A stretch of 64,000 bases of DNA, taken from positions 20,813 through 84,812 of the forward strand of contig PLNT01000043.1 in NCBI GenBank assembly GCA_003141895.1, given 5' to 3'. The stretch's first letter is position 1. Each line of letters begins with the position of its first letter. Source of the DNA: Bacteroidales bacterium (GTDB taxonomy: Bacteria > Bacteroidota > Bacteroidia > Bacteroidales > VadinHA17). This document shows positions 46,401-55,755 of this stretch, piece by piece. The position numbers were made by a program, and so were the translations under genes. The notes below the pieces were generated by a model. That model searched no databases and was not told the DNA's origin. It saw only the letters and a list, made by a program, of their open reading frames with translations.

Positions 46401-49400
46401 GATCCGTTTGTTGATAATCCAAATGGGGCAGGAGGAGATCTTTATTTTAATCTTGGAGATATTTCAGAAGATATCCTGCGCGATTCCCGGAAAAGCTTTG
46501 AAAACGGACTTCCCAATTCTCCGGTTGTAAAAGATGTCGACACTACTGCATGGGGTAGGGTTCCTACAGTGCAAGCAGTAGTTCATGCTTTTGACAATGC
46601 CCCGGAATCAAGATTGTTTCAGGACGTTGGACTCGACGGGCTTATGGATCAGGACGAACAGACTTTTTTCGCTAATTATCTGCAGAAAGCTTTGCTGATT
46701 ACATCTCCTGATGCGTACAGTGAAATTCTAAAAGATCCATCGGGTGATGATTATCATTATTTCAGGGGTTCAGATTACGACGCCCAGCAGTTGGGCATCC
46801 TTGACAGGTATAAAAAGTATAACGGAGAAGAAGGAAACTCTCCTACTTCACAGATGTCGAAAGAATCTTATCCGACTTCCGGCTCGACACTACCGGATGA
46901 AGAAGACATCAACCGTGATAATACCTTAAATGAAACAGAAAGCTACTATCAGTACAAAGTCAGTATGCGTCCGGGAGACCTTAAAGTCGGCTCAAACTAC
47001 GTAGTTGATGAAATTGAATCACCCGTAATTACTTTTCCAAACACCAAAAAATCCAGTGTAAAATGGTACCTGTTTAAGGTTCCAATCACAGATTATCAGA
47101 AAGTTGTCGGACCCATTAAGGATTTTAAGTCAATCCGTTTCATGAGAATGTTTCTACGTGGTTTCAGCGAACCTGTAATAATGCGATTTGCAAAACTCGA
47201 CCTTGTCCGTGCTGAATGGAGAAAATACAATATTTCATTCATGGAAGGGGGAGAAAGGGTGACGGTACCGGAAGCTACTGATGGATCATTTGAAATCAGC
47301 TCGGTCAGTATTGAACAGAATGCAAGTAAAATACCTGTAAATTATACTTTGCCTCCCGGGTTTGACAGAGTGACAGATCCTCAGAATCCCCAACTGAGAC
47401 AGCTCAACGAACAATCAATGGTTCTTAAAGTTATGAATCTTCAGGACGGTGATGCACGGGCAGCATTCAAAAATATTAATCTTGACATCAGAGATTACCG
47501 CAAATTACGAATGGAGGTTCATGCTGAGGCAATGATCGGTCAGCCATTACATGATGATGATCTGACTGCATTTATCAGGATCGGATCAGATTATAAGGGA
47601 AATTTTTATGAATATGAAATTCCTCTGAAGCTCACCGCGCCTGGCCATTATGATAATAATTCAGAAGATGACAGGGCTAAGGTCTGGCCCGCAGAAAATA
47701 GTTTTATAATAGACCTTTCAGTTTTGCAGGCTGCGAAACAGGAACGAAACCGGCAGATGGATCTTCCCGGATCGTCTTTGAGTCTCACTGATGTATTCGT
47801 GTATCAAAACGGAACAGCGAGAGTTTCAGTTTCAGGGAATCCAAATATGAGCAACATTAAGGTCATAATGATAGGGGTAAGGAACCCAATTAAAACTCGG
47901 AGCAGTTCTACTGATGATGGGCAACCAAAATACGCCGAGGTTTGGGTAAACGAACTCCGTTTAAGCGATTTTATTGAAGACGGAGGTTGGGCTGCTAATT
48001 CACATTTACAGGCACGACTGGCTGATCTTGGAACCGTTGATATGGTTGGTCAGGCAAGTACGCCCGGATGGGGAAGTATCGAGCAAAAGATAAATGAAAG
48101 GAGCAAGGAAAATATTTTAAAATACGACATTTCGTCAAGTATCGAACTTGGCAAATTTTTCCCCGAAAAGGTTGGTGTCAGACTTCCTGTATATGTCGGC
48201 TATTCTGAGACCAGGATAAAACCTCAGTATAATCCCCTTGATCCTGATATACTTTTAAGCAGTGCATTAAATGCGGCAAAAAATAAGGCTGTCAGAGATT
48301 CAATATTAAATATTGCAGAAGATTATTCAAGAAGAAAAACAATAACCGTCAGTAACGCGGGTATAACAAAACGAGGTGAAAAATCTCATGCCTGGGATCC
48401 TGCTAACTTAAGTGTGAATTATACTTACAATGAAATATTAAGCCATAATACAAATACTGAAATTAATCTGGAGAAAGACTACAAAGGGGGCCTGAACTAT
48501 GATTTTCAGGCTCAACCAAAAAATATTATGCCCTTCAGGAATGTAAGTTTTCTTAATGGATCAGCTTTCAAAATTATTAAAGACTTTAATTTTTATCCAT
48601 TTCCTAAAAGTCTCTCATTCAGGACTGATCTGAGCAGAACTTACAATGAATTAATAACCAGGAATATAGATAATCCGTATCTAATGGTTACACCGTCTTT
48701 TAAAAAAGATTTTGAATGGAGCCGTATTTATGATTTTAAATATGATGTTACAAGACAATTGAAGTTTGATTTCACAGCAACAAATCTATCGCGAATTGAT
48801 GAGCCGCCAGGCGGAGTTGATAAAAACAGATATAGCAGTTCATACAACATGTGGCGTGATTCTGTCTTAACTAATTTAAGAAGAGGAGGGAGAACAACAA
48901 CCTATAATCATTTTATGAATATAACGTACACACTGCCTGTAAATAAGCTTCCGTTCCTTTCATGGGTGAATGCGAACGCCCGTTATAGTACAGATTATAC
49001 ATGGCTTGCAGGACCGCTTTTCCCCGATAGTACGCATATTAACCTGGGAAACTCAATTAAGAACCATAATGAGATGACATTTACAACAATGGCATCTCTC
49101 TCCTCCCTCTATACTAAATTGAAATTCCTGAAAAATATTGAAAATAATACTATGCCCGGAGCGGCGAAAAAAATGAAGGCCGAGTTAAGAACCGTTACTT
49201 ATACCAAAGATAATGTGAGCTTTAAAGCAAACGTAGCTAAACTTGTTAACCATAATCTGAAAACAAAAGATATTAAGGTTAAGGTTGTTGGTAAGAACGG
49301 TGAAGAGATAAAAGGTAAAGTAGATATTGTAAGCGAGAACAGAATTAATTTTACTGCATCGACGCAGGTTGATGGTGCCAAGGTTGTTGTGGAAGGTAAG

Positions 49401-50861
49401 GTCAAGAAGACCAGGGATCCATTTATTGTTGCTGGTGAGTATGTGATCAGGGCACTAATGGGCATAAGGTCAGTTAGCCTGACATATACCACATCGCAGG
49501 GACAATTCTTACCTGGTTATTCTCCTGAAACGAGCTTTCTTGGAATGTCAGACTATAATGGCAGTCTTGCACCAGGGTGGCCGTTCATCCTTGGATACAG
49601 CGACAGGAATTTCTTCGACAGGGCTGTTACCAAAGGTTGGCTTTCAAGGGATACAATACTTAATACCCCTGCAATCTATGATAATAAAAGAGAACTTTCT
49701 CTGAGGAGTCTTATTGAACCTTTCCCCGGTTTAAGAATTGATATTGATGCAGACAGAAGATTCCTCGAATCGGAAAGCTCATATTATATTGCTGATATCA
49801 ATGGGAATTTTCCCGATAGCATTCGCAACCGCATCATGAATGGGAACTTTTCAATGTCAATTATTTCGTGGGGAACGTCATTCGAAAAGATATCGAAAAG
49901 TAATGACTACGTCTCACCTGCATTTGAAGCATTTAAGAAAAATATTGTAATAATTTCAGATCGGAGAGCTTCAGCCCGGCAGAAGATAGATCCAAATTAT
50001 GATCCCAATATTGATCCGATAACAGGACAACCAATTGTTGGACCTTATAAAAGTGGATATGGTGAAACTTCGAGTGAAGTATTGATACCTGCATTTATAG
50101 CGGCATACACAAAATCAAATCCAAATAAGATATCACTGGAAACTTTCCCTTCTGCTTTCCGGATGATGCCAAACTGGAGGATAAATTTTGATGGGTTGTC
50201 GAAATTTGATTTTGTACAAACAGTATTCAGGTCGATTAATCTTACTCACCAGTACAGAAGTACGTATCAGATAGGATCCTACACCACAAATCTGAACTAT
50301 GTGCCTGATGAAGACGGAATAATCAGACTAAGAGATCTTCAGGAAAATTTCATTCAGCAATATCAAATTGATGTCGTCACAATTAATGAACAATTCAGTC
50401 CTTTGATAAATGTGGATATGAATTGGAAAAATAGTCTCACCACACGTTTTGAATGGAGAAAGTCGCGTACTGTGACTCTTAATCTGACGAGTAATCAGGT
50501 TTCGGACGCCCGGATAAATGAGCTTATATTTGGTGCCGGATACCGGTTTGATGATGTCCAGTTAATTCTCAAGACCATGGGAGGGGGACAAAAGGCTTTG
50601 AAAAGCGATCTTAATTTGCGTTTTGACCTTTCTATTCGCGATAATAAAACTCTGGCACGAAAACTTGTTGAGGATGTTGATCAGCCTGTTGTAGGACAGA
50701 AAGTATTTTCAATAGGAGTGACAGCAGACTATGTCCTGAGCGACAGGTTCAATCTTCAGGTCTTTGCTGATCGTTCTATGAATAATCCGTTCGTGGCAAA
50801 TACTTTTCCCACTTCTAATACCAATTTTGGATTCAGCCTTAAATTTACATTGGTACAGTAA
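43419..50861 (+). CDS. sprA: SprA, giant outer-membrane translocon of the type IX secretion / gliding system
   Basis: 2480 aa, with an N-terminal signal-like segment. Size, composition and the ruvA-adjacent position are typical of Bacteroidota SprA. The C-terminus is beta-barrel-like ('NFGFSLKFTLVQ'). The only in-frame start after the upstream TAA is the TTG at 43419. Confidence 0.85.
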   Translation: MGSGISYKNILIFSYLLLLTSFLLKPTEASSQAALTNVVRDTTTRKSILKLNDDKGIPWEPQQKAPLFLDKPSNIKTTAIYDPVKNEYILYEKVGAFDYRPPVHMDPEEFRKYAYAKAMRDYWQSRISGKEAGFKSNLIPQIEIGGAAFDKIFGSNTINIVPQGSAELIFGINISKTENPTLPVKLQTIPTFDFKEKIQMNVTGTIGDKMTLGINYNTDAMFEFENRTKLQYAGKEDEILKKVEAGDVTLPLTGTLITGSYSLFGLKTEMQFGKLTVTTVLSQQKGQSSVIQAKGGAQITDYEVFADDYEANRHFFLSQFFRDTYDESLKNMPVVSSGVNIQRIEVWVTNKQSSFVEASNRNIVAFMDLGENSKHIFNKVPAFQAGGSAVYPDNEANKMYNQLTTSYGMIRNVDQVTNAFAPLYPGFQIGRDFEKIENARKLDEREYDINTKLGYISLNTALNTDEVLAVAYEYTYGGKIYKVGEFSTDGITAPQALVLKLIKGTTLSPKLPTWNLMMKNIYSLGSGKLDKKDFVLNVLYQDDKTGNSINYIPEGSLANKVLLQVLNLDNLNSQLDQQPDGFFDFIDGVTVMVDRGKIIFPEIEPFGSYLKNKIGNPALASKYVFQELYDSTQTIARQMAEKNKFTLKGQYSSQSGSVIRLNASNIPQNSVKVTAGGVPLTENTDYTVDYNMGTVTIINSALIESQTPIQVSLENNQFFGFQTKTLVGTHLDYRASENFDIGATILHLTERPYTQKVNYGEEPISNTIWGLNTSYKTESQLLTKIIDKIPLLNTKTPSSISFFGEFANLIPGHSKAITNAGNAYIDDFEASEIPLDLKSFNAWTISSVPQGQDQFFPEAKFNDNLVSGFNRAKLAWYVIDPLFLRNGSSTPDYIKQHPDEQSSHFVREIYENEIFPNIESPSGIPTNIAVLNLAFYPGEKGPYNYDTSPGPYSAGMNSAGKLNDPQTRWGGIMREVLTSDFETANVQYVQFWVMDPFVDNPNGAGGDLYFNLGDISEDILRDSRKSFENGLPNSPVVKDVDTTAWGRVPTVQAVVHAFDNAPESRLFQDVGLDGLMDQDEQTFFANYLQKALLITSPDAYSEILKDPSGDDYHYFRGSDYDAQQLGILDRYKKYNGEEGNSPTSQMSKESYPTSGSTLPDEEDINRDNTLNETESYYQYKVSMRPGDLKVGSNYVVDEIESPVITFPNTKKSSVKWYLFKVPITDYQKVVGPIKDFKSIRFMRMFLRGFSEPVIMRFAKLDLVRAEWRKYNISFMEGGERVTVPEATDGSFEISSVSIEQNASKIPVNYTLPPGFDRVTDPQNPQLRQLNEQSMVLKVMNLQDGDARAAFKNINLDIRDYRKLRMEVHAEAMIGQPLHDDDLTAFIRIGSDYKGNFYEYEIPLKLTAPGHYDNNSEDDRAKVWPAENSFIIDLSVLQAAKQERNRQMDLPGSSLSLTDVFVYQNGTARVSVSGNPNMSNIKVIMIGVRNPIKTRSSSTDDGQPKYAEVWVNELRLSDFIEDGGWAANSHLQARLADLGTVDMVGQASTPGWGSIEQKINERSKENILKYDISSSIELGKFFPEKVGVRLPVYVGYSETRIKPQYNPLDPDILLSSALNAAKNKAVRDSILNIAEDYSRRKTITVSNAGITKRGEKSHAWDPANLSVNYTYNEILSHNTNTEINLEKDYKGGLNYDFQAQPKNIMPFRNVSFLNGSAFKIIKDFNFYPFPKSLSFRTDLSRTYNELITRNIDNPYLMVTPSFKKDFEWSRIYDFKYDVTRQLKFDFTATNLSRIDEPPGGVDKNRYSSSYNMWRDSVLTNLRRGGRTTTYNHFMNITYTLPVNKLPFLSWVNANARYSTDYTWLAGPLFPDSTHINLGNSIKNHNEMTFTTMASLSSLYTKLKFLKNIENNTMPGAAKKMKAELRTVTYTKDNVSFKANVAKLVNHNLKTKDIKVKVVGKNGEEIKGKVDIVSENRINFTASTQVDGAKVVVEGKVKKTRDPFIVAGEYVIRALMGIRSVSLTYTTSQGQFLPGYSPETSFLGMSDYNGSLAPGWPFILGYSDRNFFDRAVTKGWLSRDTILNTPAIYDNKRELSLRSLIEPFPGLRIDIDADRRFLESESSYYIADINGNFPDSIRNRIMNGNFSMSIISWGTSFEKISKSNDYVSPAFEAFKKNIVIISDRRASARQKIDPNYDPNIDPITGQPIVGPYKSGYGETSSEVLIPAFIAAYTKSNPNKISLETFPSAFRMMPNWRINFDGLSKFDFVQTVFRSINLTHQYRSTYQIGSYTTNLNYVPDEDGIIRLRDLQENFIQQYQIDVVTINEQFSPLINVDMNWKNSLTTRFEWRKSRTVTLNLTSNQVSDARINELIFGAGYRFDDVQLILKTMGGGQKALKSDLNLRFDLSIRDNKTLARKLVEDVDQPVVGQKVFSIGVTADYVLSDRFNLQVFADRSMNNPFVANTFPTSNTNFGFSLKFTLVQ

Positions 50862-50886
50862 TGCGAATTAAATATCAAGGTTACAT

Positions 50887-50965
50887 TTATTCTTTTTTAC
50901 CCCCTTCCTAACCTTCCCCCAAAGGGGAAGGAAAAATCAGACCTTTCCCCCTTGGGGGAAAATGA
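50887..50965 (+). repeat. Family A GC-rich structured intergenic element, copy 4
   Basis: The outer stem TTACCCCCTT...AAGGGGGTAA is perfect. The inner hairpins are CCTTCCCC(C)-AAA-GGGGAAGG and TTTCCCCC-TT-GGGGGAAA. It lies 25 nt after the sprA stop codon. Confidence 0.85.
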
Positions 50966-51141
50966 AAGGGGGTAAATCATAAACCAAGAATTTACTAGTC
51001 TGAGTGAACCGTCTGTTGAGTGTAATCAAGGTTCACTTTCAGAAATCGAATGAAACATAGGGATGTTTCTTCCTTCCTGAAAATCAGGCGTAATGTGATA
51101 AAATAAAGAGGATTACATGTACATTTATCGAAGCATTTTTC

Positions 51142-51149
51142 TATTTTTG
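51142..51149 (+). promoter_or_regulatory. candidate -7 promoter element (TAnnTTTG) for the maltose/starch operon
   Basis: TATTTTTG lies 73 nt upstream of the ATG at 51222. This is a motif match only. Confidence 0.3.
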
Positions 51150-51221
51150 ATCTAATAACTCTGTGTCCCTATTGGTCCCTTGCAATGACGTGATACAAAT
51201 CTCAACACTAATTCGCTACCC

Positions 51222-52745
51222 ATGAAAAAATCAAAACCCCGTTTAACCTTCTGGCAGATCTGGAACATGAGTTTTGGATTTCTGGGAATTCAGTTTGGAT
51301 TTGCACTTCAGAATGCCAATGTCAGCAGGATTTTTGAAACTCTTGGTGCGAAAGTAGAAAATATACCTATCCTATGGATCGCCGCTCCGGTGACAGGTCT
51401 TATTATCCAACCTATAATCGGACATATGAGCGACAACACCTGGAACCGGTTGGGCAGGAGACGTCCGTACTTTCTTACCGGGGCTATTCTTGCTTCCCTG
51501 GCACTGATTATTATACCAAATTCACCGGCCCTCTGGATTGCAGCAGGTATGCTGTGGATCATGGATGCATCGATAAATGTTTCAATGGAACCGTTCAGAG
51601 CTTTTGTTGGTGATATGCTTCCTTCCGATCAACGTACAACAGGTTTCGCAACTCAGAGTTTCTTCATCGGTACAGGAGCGGTTATCGCCTCAGTGCTTCC
51701 TTATGTTCTTACAAACTGGTTTCATATTCAGAATACGGCTCCGGCAGGACAAATCCCTCTGTCAGTAAAGCTTTCGTTTTATATAGGTGGCGCTGTTTTT
51801 ATCTCAGCAGTGATATGGACAATTATCAGAACAAAAGAATATTCTCCGGAAGAACTGGCAGAGTATTCTTCTCAGGAAAATACTGTTCAACATTCTGAAA
51901 GGGTTCCTGAAAAATTATTTGAATCCGGTGTATTTTTTAAAAGAGGACTTTATTGGATTTTTGCTGGGATTATAATCAGCCTGATAATTTATTACTATTC
52001 ATTTGAAAAGCAACTGTATATCTTGTCGGTAGGAGTAGGCGCTTTCGGTTTGATACAGATTATTTCCGGATTATTTGTATCACAAGGCAGATCAGAAAGT
52101 GGGTTAGTGGTTGTTTTAAGCGATCTGTACAATATTCCAAAGACTATGGGACAATTGGCAATAGTCCAGTTCTTCTCGTGGTTTGCTCTTTTCTCGATGT
52201 GGATTTATACCACTTCCGCTGTAACCAGTCATATATACGGAACTAAAGATCCAACAAGTGAATTGTACAATCAGGGAGCAAACTGGGTGGGTATTCTATT
52301 CGCTGTTTATAACGGCTTTGCGGCCCTTGTTGCATTTTTACTTCCTGTCCTTGCGAAACTGACAAACAGACGTGTTACCCATTCAATAAGTCTTGTTGCG
52401 GGAGGACTTGGATTAATATCCATTATCATTTTCCATACACCACACCTGTTAATAATTTCAATGCTCGGGATTGGACTTGCCTGGGCAAGCATTCTTGCTA
52501 TGCCATACGCGATACTTACCGGTTCTCTTCCTTCAAACAAAATGGGCACGTATATGGGAATCTTTAATTTCTTCATAGTTATTCCCCAGATTCTTGCAGC
52601 AAGCATCCTCGGGTTTTTTGTACGCGATGTTTTTGGCGGTGAAAGTATCTACGCTCTGGTTACAGGCGGCATCTCGATGTTCATTGCAGCTGTTCTGATA
52701 TTGTTTGTGAACGACGTTGATGAAACTAAGCCAGTGAAATCATAA
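51222..52745 (+). CDS. GPH/SLC45-like MFS sugar (maltose/oligosaccharide) transporter
   Basis: About 12 TM segments. 'GFLGIQFGFALQNANVSRIF' and 'GHMSDNTWNRLGRRRPY' are typical of the glycoside-pentoside-hexuronide/sucrose-transporter-like group. It is the first gene of the pgmB/GH65 operon. Confidence 0.8.
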   Translation: MKKSKPRLTFWQIWNMSFGFLGIQFGFALQNANVSRIFETLGAKVENIPILWIAAPVTGLIIQPIIGHMSDNTWNRLGRRRPYFLTGAILASLALIIIPNSPALWIAAGMLWIMDASINVSMEPFRAFVGDMLPSDQRTTGFATQSFFIGTGAVIASVLPYVLTNWFHIQNTAPAGQIPLSVKLSFYIGGAVFISAVIWTIIRTKEYSPEELAEYSSQENTVQHSERVPEKLFESGVFFKRGLYWIFAGIIISLIIYYYSFEKQLYILSVGVGAFGLIQIISGLFVSQGRSESGLVVVLSDLYNIPKTMGQLAIVQFFSWFALFSMWIYTTSAVTSHIYGTKDPTSELYNQGANWVGILFAVYNGFAALVAFLLPVLAKLTNRRVTHSISLVAGGLGLISIIIFHTPHLLIISMLGIGLAWASILAMPYAILTGSLPSNKMGTYMGIFNFFIVIPQILAASILGFFVRDVFGGESIYALVTGGISMFIAAVLILFVNDVDETKPVKS

Positions 52746-53410
52746 TGCAAACTTCTGCATGTATTTTTGACCTTGACGGAGTAATTGTTGATACTGCCCG
52801 ATATCATTTTCTGGCATGGAAAAGATTAACAGATCAGCTTGGTATTCATTTTACTGAAGAGGACAACGAAAGATTGAAAGGCGTAAGCAGAATAGCATCT
52901 CTTGATATAATCCTGGAAATTGGCAAAGTAAATGCTGATGAGAATCAGAAACATGAGTATGCAACCAGGAAGAACAAATGGTACGTTGAATATATAAGCA
53001 AAATGACCCCGGATGAAATACTACCCGGCAGTCTTGCTTTTATTAAAGAACTCAGAAATGCCGGTATCCGTGTGGCAATAGGATCGGCTAGTAAAAATAC
53101 ACCGATGATTCTTGAAAGAGTCGGTATTTCGGAGCTGTTTGATGCAGTTGCAGACGGGAACATTGTAAAAAGAGCAAAACCCGATCCGGAAGTTTTCCTA
53201 AAGGCTGCTGAACTTTTAGATATTGAACCCCAACGATGTGTTGTGTTTGAAGACGCAGTAGCAGGAGTTCAGGCCGCACTTAATGCTGGTATGATGTGTA
53301 TTGGAATCGGGTCACCCGGAATTTTAAAAAAAGCACAATTCGTTATATCGGGATTAAATGAGATGAATCTTATGAAACTTAGAATTTTAGAAAATGAGAT
53401 CCGGTCATGA
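52745..53410 (+). CDS. pgmB: beta-phosphoglucomutase (HAD superfamily)
   Basis: 'CIFDLDGVIVDT', 'GSASKN' and 'VVFEDAVAGVQAA' are present. It has a 1-nt TAATG overlap with the transporter and an ATGA overlap with GH65. Confidence 0.9.
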   Translation: MQTSACIFDLDGVIVDTARYHFLAWKRLTDQLGIHFTEEDNERLKGVSRIASLDIILEIGKVNADENQKHEYATRKNKWYVEYISKMTPDEILPGSLAFIKELRNAGIRVAIGSASKNTPMILERVGISELFDAVADGNIVKRAKPDPEVFLKAAELLDIEPQRCVVFEDAVAGVQAALNAGMMCIGIGSPGILKKAQFVISGLNEMNLMKLRILENEIRS

Positions 53411-55734
53411 AAAGTTTTTATAAAAAGGATGTTTGGAAGATTATAGAAGAGGGTTTTCATCCCGATATGAACAGGGAATCGGAAAGCATATTCTCGATTG
53501 GTAACGGGTATATGGGCCAGAGAGCTAATTTTGAAGAGCAGTACTCAGGAGATAAACTGCAGGGGAGTTATGTAGCCGGGGTCTATTATCCCGATAAAAC
53601 CAGGGTTGGCTGGTGGAAAAACGGATATCCTGAATATTTTGCGAAGGTTCTGAATGCCCCAAACTGGATCGGTATTGATGTTTCAATAGATGGAATACCA
53701 GTTGACCTGGCAAAATCAAAATTAATCTCTTTCACAAGGACCCTGAATATGAAAGAAGGTTATCTTGAAAGAATCTTTAATGTTGAAGTCTCTGAAAATA
53801 AGAGTATAGAAGTAGCCAGCCGTAGATTTGTCAGCATGGCTGAACCCGACCTGGGACTTATAAGATATTCTGTTAAGTTTTTGAATTTTAATGGAACCGT
53901 CAGCTTCACAATATATATTGATGGTGACGTTAAGAATGAAGATACCAATTATGGGGAAAAATTCTGGGAAGAGGTAAATAAAGAGATAAAAGGAAATACC
54001 GGGATTCTTGTCACCAGGACATTGAAAACTGATTTTCATGTCGCGACCGGCATGTATTTCGAACTGATGAAGAATAGCAGGGATATTGAGGTAAAAACTG
54101 ATATTGTTAAAAAGAAAAAATATGTTGCCGCTATCGCTGGTCTGGATATTAAAGAAGGAGAAGAAGTAGTAATAAATAAATATGTATCTGTTCTATCTTC
54201 CTTAAATAATAATAAGGAAAGTTTAATTGAAGATTGCAAGGCAAGACTGAATGAAGCAAAATCAATGGGCTTTTCAAAGCTATTCAACGAACATGTAAAG
54301 GCCTGGGAGATGATATGGGCAACATCTGATGTGGTTATTGAGGGAGATGTAACAGCCCAGCAGGCTATACGCTTTAATATTTTTCAACTTAACCAGACCT
54401 ATACAGGCAAGGATGAACGTCTGAATATTGGTCCAAAGGGATTTACTGGTGAAAAATATGGAGGAAGCACATACTGGGATACCGAAGCTTTCGCTCTGCC
54501 TTTTTTCCTTAAAACTGCAGAGAAGGAAGTGGGGAGGAATCTCCTGATGTATAGATATAAGCACCTTGAAAAAAGTATTGAGAATGCCAGGAAACTGGGC
54601 TTTAATAATGGCGCAGCTTTATATCCTATGGTTACCATGAATGGTGAAGAATGCCATAATGAATGGGAGATCACCTTTGAAGAAATTCACAGAAATGGGG
54701 CTATTGCGTTTGCTATTTTCAATTACATAAGGCATACCGGTGATGACAATTATATGGCTGATTACGGACTGGAAGTTCTTATAGGCATATCCAGATTCTG
54801 GAGTCAGAGGGCGACATATTCTGAAAACCTTAATAAGTATGTAATATTAGGCGTTACGGGTCCTAATGAATATGAGAATAATGTCAATAATAACTGGTAT
54901 ACTAATACTCTGGCTATTTGGACTTTATCGTATACATTGAATAACATCAGTATCCTCGAGAAAGAGAATCCCGCCAAACTGGCTGCCCTTTTCTCAAAAA
55001 TTAAATTTGACATAGATGAAGAAACTCCGAGGTGGCAAAACCTGATCAGCAATATGCACTTTCCCTATGATAACTCAAGAAATGTTTTTCTGCAGCAGGA
55101 TGGCTTTCTTGATAAGGAACTAATTCCGGCTTCAAAACTACCTGTCTGTGATAAACCAATAAACCAGCATTGGTCGTGGGACAGGATACTCAGATCATGC
55201 TATATCAAACAGGCTGATGTTTTACAGGGATTGTACCTTTTTGAAGATCAGTTTGATACAGAAACGATTAAGCGGAATTTTGATTTCTATGAACCACTCA
55301 CAGTTCATGAATCATCATTATCTGCTTGTATACATTCCATAATTGCTTCAAGAATTGGTAATATCGAAAAAGCCTATGACCTTTATCTGCATACTGCAAG
55401 GCTCGATCTCGATGATTATAATAATGAAGTTTCTGATGGACTCCACATAACAAGTATGGCAGGAACCTGGCTTGCAATTGTTGAAGGATTTGGCGGAATG
55501 AGAATTTTTAATGATAAAGTGTTGCTGAATCCACTTATTCCCTCCAACTGGGAATCTTATTCATTCCATGCACGATTCCGGGGTAGTTTATTTAAGGTCA
55601 ATGTAATTAAAGATTGCATCTCTGTAAATAATTTATCTGAAAAACCATTAAATCTGATCATCTCTGGTAAAGAATGCCATGTAGAAGCTTCAGGTAAAAT
55701 TGTTCTTAATCTGAAAGTAGACTTTTTTTCTTAA
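53407..55734 (+). CDS. GH65 glycoside phosphorylase (maltose phosphorylase-type)
   Basis: 775 aa. 'FSIGNGYMGQRANFEE', 'GFTGEKYGGSTYWDTE' and 'HITSMAGTW' are present. It is adjacent to pgmB, the classic maltose phosphorylase pairing. Confidence 0.9.
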   Translation: MKSFYKKDVWKIIEEGFHPDMNRESESIFSIGNGYMGQRANFEEQYSGDKLQGSYVAGVYYPDKTRVGWWKNGYPEYFAKVLNAPNWIGIDVSIDGIPVDLAKSKLISFTRTLNMKEGYLERIFNVEVSENKSIEVASRRFVSMAEPDLGLIRYSVKFLNFNGTVSFTIYIDGDVKNEDTNYGEKFWEEVNKEIKGNTGILVTRTLKTDFHVATGMYFELMKNSRDIEVKTDIVKKKKYVAAIAGLDIKEGEEVVINKYVSVLSSLNNNKESLIEDCKARLNEAKSMGFSKLFNEHVKAWEMIWATSDVVIEGDVTAQQAIRFNIFQLNQTYTGKDERLNIGPKGFTGEKYGGSTYWDTEAFALPFFLKTAEKEVGRNLLMYRYKHLEKSIENARKLGFNNGAALYPMVTMNGEECHNEWEITFEEIHRNGAIAFAIFNYIRHTGDDNYMADYGLEVLIGISRFWSQRATYSENLNKYVILGVTGPNEYENNVNNNWYTNTLAIWTLSYTLNNISILEKENPAKLAALFSKIKFDIDEETPRWQNLISNMHFPYDNSRNVFLQQDGFLDKELIPASKLPVCDKPINQHWSWDRILRSCYIKQADVLQGLYLFEDQFDTETIKRNFDFYEPLTVHESSLSACIHSIIASRIGNIEKAYDLYLHTARLDLDDYNNEVSDGLHITSMAGTWLAIVEGFGGMRIFNDKVLLNPLIPSNWESYSFHARFRGSLFKVNVIKDCISVNNLSEKPLNLIISGKECHVEASGKIVLNLKVDFFS

Positions 55735-55755
55735 GAAATTCAGCACCCCTTTTAT